Shown: in pieces, positions 1 to 11,321 of the stretch
Position numbering within the stretch: position 1 is the first letter of the stretch
How the letters are laid out: each line of letters starts with the position of its first letter
Origin: Perkinsus olseni
Taxonomy: Eukaryota
Reading direction: 5' to 3'
Length of the DNA: 41,745 nt
NCBI GenBank assembly: GCA_013115125.1
Contig: JABANN010000296.1
Span: forward strand, 1-41,745
Program-made: the position numbers and the translations under genes
The notes under the pieces: model-generated
Databases searched by the model: none
What the model saw: only the letters and a program-made list of their open reading frames with translations
Told to the model about the DNA's origin: nothing

Positions 1-133
1 ATTGAGTGATACTGAGAACAGTGAGATCACTGCAAGAGAGCAAGAGAGCAAGCGCGATGACTCAGTTCTCACAGGGAAGCTAATCGATCGCTTGGGCGCA
101 GCGAGATACCCTCGTACGTATGTACGCGTACAT

Positions 134-1078
134 TCACACTGAAAAGTTTTCTCTCTGGTCTTCAGTGCATCTGGAAGTCAGAGATCCAAGGTATCTCATC
201 CCACATCTGCGAGCTAAAGGCCAAAGTCGGTGATGAAAGTGGATAATTGGAGGTTCTGATGTGGAATTGATTCTCGGATGGATCTCCGGACCCTCTGGGA
301 TTCTGCTCAGTCGCCTGTCAACCTTCGAACGTTGCCAACAGCAGGCAGTCGAATACTGTGACGCCTTGAAGGCGCCTTCGTGACACTCAAACTGTGCTAT
401 CGGCCCACGCTTATTACTGTGGTTGGACCAGCGCATATTACTGTGGTTGCAGGAAATCCAAAAGATACATCATCCCGGAATCTGCATATACCTATTGGTG
501 AACTTGAGTAAATTGCAACGCACATGTCGTCGATAGGACAGCCCAGGAGCCATCCTCACGGGAGGCCCAGCAGACAGTTCCGCTATGGCATCAGATCACG
601 CAATGCAGCAACCCGCAAGCGGCGAGGACGAGGTGAAGCTGATACGAAGAGGCCCAGCGAAGTGCTGTATTTATCCTCGGCCGTCGGATGATGACGATGC
701 CGTTCCCCCAGTTTCCCCTAGTGGCGCCCACCAAATGTGTATTGGACATACGTTGCTCTAAGAACGAGCACGGCAAGTGTGTGGATGGGTGTGACAAGCA
801 GCTGTGAGTGTACGTCGCCCAGATGCAGCCCATTCAGCCAGAGTTTGATGGGAATACTGAAATACCCGAGCGGGTCGGGCCGACCCGGATTGGGCCAGAG
901 GACGGAACGGCTCCCGTAGAATACCGACGGAGTGGCCTTGAAACGACGAGGTAATGCTCACAAGAAGAGGCTCCCCGTCCACTCTGAGTTAATTCGCCGT
1001 TGTAACTCTCGAGCCGCTGAACTCACTTTGCAAAAAGAAGGCCGCAAGTAGGATGAGAAACACGAGCGCTAGTGGCAT
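134..1078 (-). CDS. Possible multi-exon secreted hypothetical protein (3' boundary uncertain)
   Basis: ATG at 1078 gives hydrophobic MPLALVFLILLAAFFLQ followed by a GTGAGT donor. Later stretches (e.g. ATPSVFYGSRSVLWPNPGRPDPLGYFSIPIKLWLNGLHLGD) are bounded by GT..AG. No homology recognised. Confidence 0.3.
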
Positions 1079-1361
1079 CCTCCTGATGAGTCAAGAGCGT
1101 GCGAGGAAACCGTCAGTAGATGTCCAGCAACCATGGTCGTGACAGCAGACCCCCTCTATTTCGGTGACGTGACACTAATGGAGCGGCCCAGCCAGCGTCA
1201 CCACGATGAGAAGGCGAATTGATGATAGGCAGCAGCCACGCGGCTTGGATCGTGGTCGATGAGTCTGCCTTGCGTAGGGTTATCGCTGACAACTCACCCT
1301 TCCCTGTAATCTCTCTCAGAGGAGCAAGGATGCACAGCCGCAGCAGTTTTTTCTCCCAACT

Positions 1362-2552
1362 ATGAGCACAACACTCGGCATCATAGTTTTTGGTAGCATA
1401 TCCTTTTTGGTGGCAGCATCTGATCCGTGCATGCAGATGTGCATCGACCTCGGCGACAAGACGGCGTGTGCTGGCTCTGGCAAGGGTTCCTACTGCAAGG
1501 GCTGGCAGAAGGAACAACCCGTCTGCCAGGGGTTCATCCGTACGAAAGACAAAACCTTATGTTTCCTCACTGGTGGACCCGACGATGTCAACTGTTCCGG
1601 CGACCCGGTCGCTTGTCCAACAGTCCCTGCTACTACCGAGAGCCCTCCCACTCCTTGGACAACGGCCCTAATGCCCAACACGACAGGGTCACCCGTTACC
1701 GCCACTACCACAGGGGCGCCCTGCACTACCGCCACTACTACAGGGGCGCCATGCACTACTGCCACTACCACAGGGGCGCCATGCACTACTGCCACTACTA
1801 CAGGGGCGCCATGCACTACTGCCACTACCACAGGGGCGCCATGCACTACTGCCACTACCACAGGGGCGCCCTGCACTACTGCCACTACCACAGGGGCGCC
1901 CTGCACTACTGCCACTACCACAGGGGCGCCCTGCACTACCAGCACTACCACAGGGGCGCCCTGCACTACCAGCACTACTACAGGGGCGCCCTGCACTACT
2001 GCCACTACCACAGGGGCGCCCTGCACTACCGCCACTACCACAGGGGCGCCATGCACTACCAGCACTACTACAGGGGCGCCATGCACTACCAGCACTACTA
2101 CTACGGCACCTCCTCGCACTACCACTAAGACTACAGGCGCGCCCTGCACCACTACGTCAGCTCGTCGCACTACTATAGCTAGGACCACGAAGAGGACCAC
2201 CACGTCTAGCACAACTACTTCGACTACCACTATGAAAACAAGTACGTCCACGAGCACCACTACTAAATGTCCCACCTTGGAGGGGCACTTTTGCGGGAAA
2301 CTAATGTTCCATTCATTCGACATTATCTTGAAGAACGGCCGTTTGACTCTCAACTTGCCCTCCTTCCAGGTGGAAGGCTCTTGCGATTACCACGTGAGCG
2401 GATCTAGTATCGATCTTTCTGACCTCGATGATGTTCTCAAGGCCGTGATGTCGAAGGCAAGCATCAAGAAGTTTGACATCACTATAATAGACTCGAACCA
2501 GATACGCTTGAAGGCCGGAGTGTTCCTGCGTACCACCCTCAAACGTTGCTAG
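1362..2552 (+). CDS. Secreted mucin-like protein: signal peptide, Cys-rich N domain, (TTTGAPCTTA/S)n stalk, small C-terminal domain
   Basis: Intronless 396-aa ORF from ATG. Hydrophobic N-terminus (LGIIVFGSISFLVAA), Cys-rich domain (CMQMC...GSYCKGWQ...VCQG...LCF...VAC), Thr-rich repeats, ends LKRC. Confidence 0.85.
   Translation: MSTTLGIIVFGSISFLVAASDPCMQMCIDLGDKTACAGSGKGSYCKGWQKEQPVCQGFIRTKDKTLCFLTGGPDDVNCSGDPVACPTVPATTESPPTPWTTALMPNTTGSPVTATTTGAPCTTATTTGAPCTTATTTGAPCTTATTTGAPCTTATTTGAPCTTATTTGAPCTTATTTGAPCTTATTTGAPCTTSTTTGAPCTTSTTTGAPCTTATTTGAPCTTATTTGAPCTTSTTTGAPCTTSTTTTAPPRTTTKTTGAPCTTTSARRTTIARTTKRTTTSSTTTSTTTMKTSTSTSTTTKCPTLEGHFCGKLMFHSFDIILKNGRLTLNLPSFQVEGSCDYHVSGSSIDLSDLDDVLKAVMSKASIKKFDITIIDSNQIRLKAGVFLRTTLKRC
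1696..2103 (+). repeat. 30-bp coding tandem repeat, 13 copies plus degenerate flanks
   Basis: CAGGGGCGCC recurs every 30 nt from 1711 to 2071; unit approx ACCACAGGGGCGCCCTGCACTACTGCCACT. Confidence 0.97.
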
Positions 2553-2700
2553 TTCCACAGCTTTATCCAGGATACTCTTTTAACTTATTCAACTACTCAG
2601 GTCTTTCTTCCCGAATGGTAGTGTTGTGTTCGTTAACTCTCATCACTCAGTGTGAACTCAAGTACAGCTAGTGAAACATTCAGGTGTCATCAGGGGAGGG

Positions 2701-5309
2701 TCAGTCAAGTACGGGCATGACAATGACGGGTGAAGTTTCCCGCAGCTGTGATAGGCTGACGGGGCCCTTGGTCATAATGACATCTACCGGGGTATCTGTT
2801 ACGGCCTTCGCCAACACCCCACTATCTACAATGACTAATCACCTTCTTCTATTTCAATCCCCTTCTCCTTCAGCGCCTTAGACACCGTCTTCTTGTCGTC
2901 CACTCGAGCATACCTGCGAACTGGCTGTGGTTCAGTTCAGGGAGCGAACGCCTACGCAACAGCGCGAACGTCTTCGTCAACTTTACAATCGAGTTGGCGA
3001 TGTCCGTAGGGGGAAGGAAACCTACAGTACAGACTGTCCGAAGAACACGAAATGCATAGCGAGTGCCACGGCCGTTGAATCACACCAACGAATATTCCCA
3101 GACACCCATAACTGGCCATATGGTGTCCAGTCCATCGACCACTGGACTGAGAGTCCACCCTGACTGTTTACCCGATGCCAGTATTGCAGTTATCTACCGC
3201 CTCGAGAACATCACTAACCACCGAGTTGGCGGTGGGATACCTCCCTGCACCTGCCCCTATGTACCTGATGCCATGCACTACCAGGAGCCTAGTATTATCA
3301 ACACTTACCATTGAGGACCAACGCGTGCCGTAGACACTTCGACACAGTTAGTAGGACCGCTTACTGAAGCCATGGTGTTGGTGAGGGGGACGAGCGCCAA
3401 GGACACCCAACACTCGAGGCGTCTGCAATCATCATCCCCGTCGCCTGAAATAATAGATCCTTTTCAACGATGAAGTATGCGAGTTGAGGCGTTCTCGAGG
3501 AGCACTCTGTGCCTCAATTTCGTGACTGAATCGAACTTGGAATGAAGTCCTTCTCAGCTCAGCCGTGAACAGCTAGCGATGCTGCAACGCTGGGAGACCA
3601 CAGGGAGTACAAAGCCAGTTAGTACCGGGAAGCAACTGAGCCTTGGCTATGAGCTTGATGGTGTACCCGCGGCCTTTGGCGTATTGAAAATCACGAGAGG
3701 ACACATGAGTGATGCCAACAGTGTATCTGGAAGACCAGCAATAAGTGGCAAGAACTGACTGCCCTTCATAGGGTTGAAAGGAGGGGGAGATGCGGTACGG
3801 GAAGTGGTTAATCAATGGCCCAATGAAGGAATGGAGAAGAGAGAAACTTACAGCAAGCTCTCATCGCTGACTGTCACGCCGAAGCCAATGCGTGCAAGAA
3901 TGCATATCTTACTCCTAGCGTCGTAACCTTCTAGATCTGATCAGGACGAGTTGCGGAAGGTACGGTATTGATTATTAGCACGTATACCCACCAGCACTCG
4001 GGTCAGCCTCAAGATACCCAAGCCTGCGAGCGTCATGAATAACCTAAGACATCAGACTCTCCCAAATGTGAAGTGGCACCGCTATCACCTCATCGTAAGA
4101 GACACCCTCATGCTCCATGCGAGAGAGAATGTAGTTAGTACTGCCGTTCATGATGCTAACAACAACAACAATAATACAGTTAAGAGGGGTTACAATGCTC
4201 GCGGCCACATTAGAGAAGTGTGCTATTAGAGCTGTCCAATGACAGCATCAGTCCGCGGCAGACAGGCGATTTTACCCAGATATGTGGTTGAAAGTATCCG
4301 CCCTGAGCCCACGCAGTGCGGTGTTAACTATTGGTATACCACCACACACCGCTGCTTCATATAAAAATTGTACCTAAGAAAAGGGTTGCATCGCTCCGCT
4401 AGCCCTTTCCGGGACTACGTTCTGGTCCAAGGCCAGCTGTTCGATTGAGTCCATGTACTTCGATATCAGTGCCTTATTAGCGGTGACAATGTGCCTGATG
4501 GACGGTGATCCAGCTGGTCGCCCACGTCCAGCTATTCCCAAGTTCTGGCCATCCACGCAGCTACACTTCGACAGGGAGTCCTATCGGGGTCACGATTCAA
4601 GTTACTACCACACTTCTCTTAACTCTCGCCACTAGGAGCCTAAAGTCATAAGAAAACCAGGCATTTCGCTGAGCGCAATTTCGGTGAGGTAACGAGCACT
4701 TCTCCCGTCCGACTTTCCAGATTTCAATGCTTTCTCGGTGTACGTCCATGCGCTGTCTGTACCACCCATGACTTCAACGACAATATCTGCAGGATGCACT
4801 ATAATCCCCCGAGTAGGAGTGGGGTCCTCACCAATGGACTCATCATTGAGAATAGCATGAGGGTCCGTGACGACCTCGCAAGTTCGGGGTAGGTCCACAT
4901 CACGACTCTTACTTGGATCGCGAACGCATACCTGTAGGAAAGAAGGCGGTTGGGTGAAAGCGTCAAGTGACGAAACTCAGAGTCTGGTGCAGAATGACAA
5001 AAGATATCGGGCGGAAGTTTCGACCTCTGAGCCGTCGCGCGAGGCTGAGGACACCAAGGGTGGTGATGGTAATGTGAAATGGGCGGTACATAATACACCG
5101 TATTTGCACACCAATATACCCCACCTTAGTAAGAGCGATGGTACGGTCATAGGGCTTCAGTAGCTCGACAACTCCGCCACCGACAACACCAAAGCCCAGC
5201 ATGGCTACTCTAAAGATGATGATGACGAGCAAGGCACGACTGGATTGACCGGTGGCTTGGAAGATGACACTCACCTGACCTTCCCGTCTTCAGGTGGGCT
5301 CGAGGGCAT
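2701..5309 (-). CDS. Homoserine dehydrogenase (monofunctional, many short introns)
   Basis: Spliced exons give VAMLGFGVVGGGVVELL (NAD-binding), DIVVEVMGG, VTANKALI, LYEAAVCGGIPIV, IMNGSTNYIL, LGYLEADPS, DLEGYDARSKICILARIGFG, GITHVSSRDFQYAKGRGYTIKLIA and YIGAGAGRYPTANSVVSDVL. Stop at 2701-2703; probable ATG at 5309 (MPSSPPEDGKVR). Confidence 0.92.
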
Positions 5310-6064
5310 TGGTGAGAAGGGATGGCAACGAGTCAGAAAACTAAGCGTGAGGAGATTGGTAGAGCGCGATATCGTTATGTATCCGAACGAGGGGTGGGAA
5401 TGAGTATGATGATGATGTCTTGCCGCGTTCACTTCGCAAGACCTCCAGAGAAGGTGCTCGGCGGACAGAAGCGGTAGAGGTTGAATCCCGTCTGATGTGT
5501 CTCTTCACAACGACTGTACGTCGAGCTACTTCCCATAGAAGAGGGCTGACTCACCAATTAATAGTGACTGAACGCACTGCGGTATGATGATGATGACGAT
5601 GATGAGATGAGGAGAATCTACCTGTTTAGTCTATTAACGTGACAATGCTTGACAAGTCTCAGAAGAGAATGCTTGATGATGATGATGATGGTTGCAGGCA
5701 GCCTGAAGTAATCCGAAGACTGCTACTGCTAGTGCTGCTGCTGATAAAAACTTTAATAGTATACAGACGACCACGACGATGACGTTAGACCATATGGTCA
5801 GCTGCTGCTACTTCTTCTGATGATAATGGTATTAGTAGTAGCAACGATGGTTGATGTTCCAGCTGGTGTGAAGAACGTAATGTTACAGAGCTGGTGACAA
5901 CGACGGTTAAGTTGGAGCACGATGACAACGATAAATAGGATGCTAGAACTGAGGAAATAGAGGGTGCCCAAGTATACGGGCATCATACAATGGCACGTAA
6001 GGTTAAGAAACTATAAAGGACGATGCAGGTACTCTAGTTGCAGCAGGTCTGAGAAAAGAAATCA

Positions 6065-9000
6065 TCATGAAAAACTTTGAGTTGGGCTGCGGCAAGGAAG
6101 GATGATGACTACCTCGGTCGCCCTCGATGTCATACTCCTAATGGTAGTAGCTCCCTCATCATCATCCTCGTCGTCGTCTTCGTCGTCTACAGAAACATCC
6201 CTACACATGCCACCACCCTCCACAGAGCTCCTTGTGGTCCCAGTGGCTGAAGCATTGCTGCCTCCGCCAACCGTGTTAGGACCACCATTAGAAAGATCAC
6301 TGTGCCCTGCTCGCTTGGCTGCGATCCAAACTGTTGGCACCGAGATGCCATACCTAGGTCAAGAGCATCGCTCCGCTCAAGTAATAATCTGCCGCCTTAC
6401 TTTTGTCCCCACCAGTTTCCATTCACGAGACTATTCTTAGCGGAGCGAAGCGCGGCTGTGACACTCGGCCATCTCCATGCTGACTTACCCAGGTTAACGT
6501 TCTCGCCTGAAAGGCCACGCTTACCGCTGCCGACGGTGCCCACCGACGAGGCTGCGCTCACCGTGCGGCGAGAGGGGGTCCAAAATGACCAGCATGTCCA
6601 TCTTGAAAGTTTCCATCAATTCCTCATCCGCTAACCGGAGAGTGAAGTTGAACTCATCATCCGAGGAGCTGAGTGGTCTTATGATCAACCGGGATGCATC
6701 AAACGATGTCAGAATCGAACCTGCGGGCACAAATGGCGCAGCGCGTTCTACGAGCTTCGCTCCGCTAATTAATATTTCAGGCACCATTATCTATGATGAT
6801 GTGAACGATGACTTACCATCGGGTAAGACTAGTGTTACTTGCTCCTTGACAAGGGTATCGCATCTTTCAACATCGCCATTCGCATGGACATCACAATCAT
6901 GCTCATCACCACCACCGCCATACCATAGTAAGAAGCCCAACAAAAGCTGGCCGAGCGGCACTTCCGTCCAGCTGTCAGCCGAGTAAAACTGATTCAAAAA
7001 TGATACAACCATGAGTACCTGACGGGGAAGCAAAGAAATAACAGACCTTCTTACAAGTGCCGAATTAGCTGGACAGCGCAATGTTGATCCGGTGATAATT
7101 TCGTGGCGCAGTGACAAGCTAAGCCCTACTCACCAGAGTGTAGCTGCTGATTCCACCATTATAAGGGGAAATCAGGTCTTCGCACAATAATACATGTTTG
7201 ACAAATAAGACTAGGGGCCGGAGACAGTCGAAGTGCTGGTTCATCATAGCAATGTATGCTGATGTTTCAAGACCTACACGCCACGTTAGATGCGAAAAAA
7301 GGTAGTAGAGGGCAGGATGGGAGGACCTGTGTGCAGGGGGCCTGATAATGATATCTGAACTTGAACCGGGGCGTGTAGGGAACATTGTGACTCCAATCCC
7401 ATACCGCATGTCCCACACCTAAGGCGCCAAGGATGAGGAGCGTAGCAGAGTTGGGGGGTACATCTACCACTGCCGTTCGAACTCGTCGTAAGTTGGCTCT
7501 CGACAGCCCACAGTGATAAGGGGTATCCGTGACGACGTTATAACGACTGGTGCTGTGGTGATAGTACCTGAAGCAGGACAACTACATGAACCTCGGGGTT
7601 CTACTCCGACCAACCCTGAATCTAGGCAACATTACTGCCATGATGATGACGATGCCACATTCAAGAGGCGACCAGAAGGGTCCAGGGCTTCACACAATAA
7701 GCGCTGATCGTTGGAGTTAACTCACCCGGGGGAAGGCGTTGTGTGAGATAGTCTGACACCAACTCCAGTAACTTCACGCACTCCGCTGCAGATTTGACAG
7801 GGTCATCGTCGGGATCTTCATTAGGTGTATCCCCAGTATCATCACGCCCACTCATACCAGAGCTCTGAGAAAGGAAAGCGATAAAGTAAAAGCTACGATA
7901 GTTGCTAAAGACGAGGCCCATGCACTAGGCCAACAGTGCTGAGCCAAGCACCGTCAGCTCACGACAAGGGCTTTAACGCACAAACGAGTCAAGCATCACC
8001 CATAAGATATCAAAGGATCTACCTCGATCTGATAGGGATTTGCAGAAGCATCGGACTGGTGCTGCGGGGGGTGGTGATGATGATGATGACCGGCGGCCAG
8101 CACGGCAGGAGCTAATAGCCGTTCATATCGCCGTGATGCGGGCAACAGCTGAAACGGTATCTTTTCCCACACCGTCAACCACGGTCGATGACCTTACAAC
8201 AAAATCTAAATCGCTAGCCCAGGGAAGATGCAAATTGTAGGTGAACCTGAAGCGGCAACAGTTGGAATGGGATCCGCCTGCGACGAGACTCACGATCCGA
8301 AAGGGAGGCATTTCAGTGGCCGCCGCCGCACCCCTCCGCTTTCGTCTTCACCTTCATCACCACGATTCTCATGACTGGTCGACAACGGTGGCACAAATTC
8401 TTCAATCATGAACTGCATCTGAGGCAGGCGGGAGTGAGAGCGATAAACAAGTAGTAATTTCGTGGCGAGTGACGGGAAATGCTCCGACTACCAGGCTGCA
8501 TGAACGCATTCTCTTGAGATTATCACCAGAAGTACTGTACGTATCCACCAGGTGCATAAATAATGCCATATCAATTGTTACCTGCCACCAAGTTGAATCG
8601 TCAAGCGTCACTGCGCCACAAAATTAGACGAAATGCAGCGCGATACAGTATTCTACATTCCCGAATCGAGATCGGGAGTCCCGGTCATTTTCACCAATCA
8701 CATTCTGTGTCCGGAACCTATCAATGGTAACTACGTGTCTTGTACTACACAGCAGGGGGCAATGATGGCTGATGGCATGACCGATGATGCATGGAAGCTT
8801 CTACCGGATGCAGCACCATCATCACTGTGCCGAATAGTGTGCCTTAATGTATACGTTTTCGAGATAGGTATGGTTGGGGACTAGGCACTGGTTGGAAGAA
8901 TTTCTCAACGAGTGCAGTTAGTAGAGACAGTCCACTGCGAGAACACTTCAGGTGAGGATTACTCGATTTTTGGCTGATATCGATGATCCTTGACACCACA

Positions 9001-10462
9001 GCTCTGAGCCATAATGATCGGTGATGATGGTGGTGGAGTGTTATGGTAGAGCGATGGAATGTAGTTGTGGAGAGTAAAAAGTTAACTTACTCTGTCAGTA
9101 ACACTAGGCAGGGTCGGTGGTAGTATTATCGGTGACCGGGCTGCCGATGAAGTGAGTAGTGCTCGGTTACTATGACTGCAAGTAGAAGGGAGGGGACGAG
9201 CAGCGTCCGACACCTGATACACAGTTAGTACTATTGGCATACACTACGCCCGATGACGACGACCAACAAACGCTGTCGGCGGTCTATAATCACGGATGGG
9301 GGCAGGTACCCAGACCTCAGTCGCGCCCTCACCTGCTGCTGCTGCTGTTGATGGTAGTTGTACCAAGGGCCATCATCTTCGTCATCAGTGTCAGGAAAGT
9401 GCTGTCTCCTGTTCTGAGCCCCGTCGTCCAATGTTGGCGAGATGCTCTTGTCATCACTGCCGTCCGCGGGGATGGCCGCAGCAGGGGCGAGAGGGCCGTA
9501 ACGCCGCCGCCGATGCACTAGGTTTCTGTTGTTGGTGACTTTCTGCGATTCGGGTGGTGACGGCAACAAAGCCCTTCGGCCCTTGAAACGTCGGTTTCTC
9601 ACTGCCAGAGGAATGCAGTTAGGTGGGGCACCTGGACGACAGTTGAGCCCAGGCCTGCGATCTACCACCCCAACCTTACTGCCGTTCATCCACAGCATGC
9701 TAGATAATGCGTGACCCCACGGGACACAGGGATGAGGGCCAACAGTTCCTAAGGCATCTCCAACGAATGATAACCACTCCCAAAATTATCCATTACCAGC
9801 GCTCCGGGCCGCCATGAGATGATGCTGGTAATTGAGCTGGGCCTCAGCCTGCTGAATTGACCAGGCCAAGGATGCGGGTATTCGGTTACTGACATAGTAA
9901 TAGTGGAGGGGTTCGCAGCATGAGGGCGACGAAGTACCGTGGTTGTGTTGCCGTGTTGGTCACTCGAGTGGTGGGTGATGTGATGACAGACTCTCGCCCC
10001 AGCGTATAGTTAGGCTCACCACTCCCCGACACGAAGTTGTCTGAAACGAATCATCCAAAGCGGGTGGGCTCTTGATCGAGCTAGTAAAGATACGCAATGC
10101 CGTTGAGTCCAATACAGACCGACTCTGGCGTGATGTCCATCCTACGGCATGATCGAGATGTCCCCCATTGACCCACCATGCGGCCTATGGCTCGGCAGCA
10201 GCTGCCCTGCCTCCGTTCCCTCAAAAACCGTCACCTCATTGATGGTGTCAAATTCGTGATGCTCAATAGTACAATTATTACCGCCGACACCATTAGCCGC
10301 TGCACTGTACTGATGGTGGACTGCCTCACCGCCAAGGGTCGGATTTTCCCACGCGCCACATAATTCCCGATGCTGCTGCTGCTCATGCTGTTGCTGCTGA
10401 TGCCGCCGTCCTACCGCAGTGTCTGGACCGACCGATGACGATGGGGATCCAGGGTTCAACAT
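6065..10462 (-). CDS. Trf4/PAPD5-like non-canonical poly(A) polymerase with long low-complexity N-terminus (ends approximate)
   Basis: Spliced motifs: LKCLPFGS|FTYNLHLPWASDLDFVV (GS..DxD), VVD|ISLSGPLHT|GLETSAYI (third Asp), LRPLVLFVKHVL...PYNGGISSYTL, VLMVVSFL, LGQLLLGFLLWYG, LVILDPLSPH|GENVNLGKSAWRW (PAP-associated). Q/D-rich ORFs 9231-10462 are assumed to be its N-terminus. Confidence 0.85.
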
Positions 10463-11321
10463 GATGACAACTCGAACGCCGAGGGAGAAGAGCAGAAGAT
10501 AGAAGATGGATCTTACGTTATCAATTCTTGCATTTCATGCATTTAGGTATTTCAATACGACACGTGTCAACAAATCTGTAGATGACCCTGTCCGACGGAG
10601 GCGCATGATGAGTGAGAGTACTGAATGAATCTCATTTATCAACGTATGAGGGCCGATCGTGCCTCTCATCATTCAGGCCGAAGGCATTCGACTGGATCTA
10701 CCTGGTCATGAGCAGGGTGATGATGAGGGGGAGAGCTGGACAAGTCACCCAAGGTAGTGAAGGTCATCGAGGGGTCGGTGCCTAGCACTCTGTTTGGTAG
10801 ATTTTGGTGTCGTGTTGAACCTTGCTCATCATTATACTTGGCCTGCTCATACCACTCCTTACGTTATTCGTCATGGACTCAAGACATAGTTCCCGAGTGA
10901 GCCTGGGTGACTTATCTTCGGCTTGATCGATGATTGATGTGGATACGACTCTGTCTCGCTGTTATCGGCGTGCATTCACCTCTCTATCTTCATGAATTTG
11001 CAATGAGAGGGTTGAATACCCTAAGATTCAAGATTGGCCTGTGATTCAGGCAGTCTAAAGCCGGTAAGGGGCGGACTAGTAGACGTGTAGGGTGGGGTAG
11101 TTGCCGCCTACGAGAGGCCATGATACAAACTTTTCCGTCACGATCGCTTTCATTGCATCATTGTTGTGTCTACGAGTCTGTCACTCGCCTTCTGGGAGCG
11201 GTTTGAATGGCTTCAGGATGGGCCCAGCTTCATGAAGGGGGTATCTCCCATTACGAACGTGCCCCTCGATTACTCTGCCTCGCTAAGGTTCCCCCAACGT
11301 TACATCCTCTATAATGTTCTC

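Noticed and set aside
411-450. 13-bp direct repeat ATTACTGTGGTTG
   Set aside because: Two adjacent copies, most simply a local slippage duplication; no element between them.
1696-2103. CRISPR-like periodicity
   Set aside because: Head-to-tail repeats without unique spacers, inside a eukaryotic CDS.
1427-2353. Overlapping His/Tyr-rich (+) and Val-rich (-) ORFs
   Set aside because: Shadow frames of the stop-free 30-bp repeat; the Thr frame has the signal peptide and flanking domains.
11166-11321. N-terminal extension of the REV3 ORF
   Set aside because: The ORF caller used a GTG start; similarity begins at MASSRSFVMRLYNLDWY (ATG 11322). An in-frame ATG at 11232 cannot be excluded.
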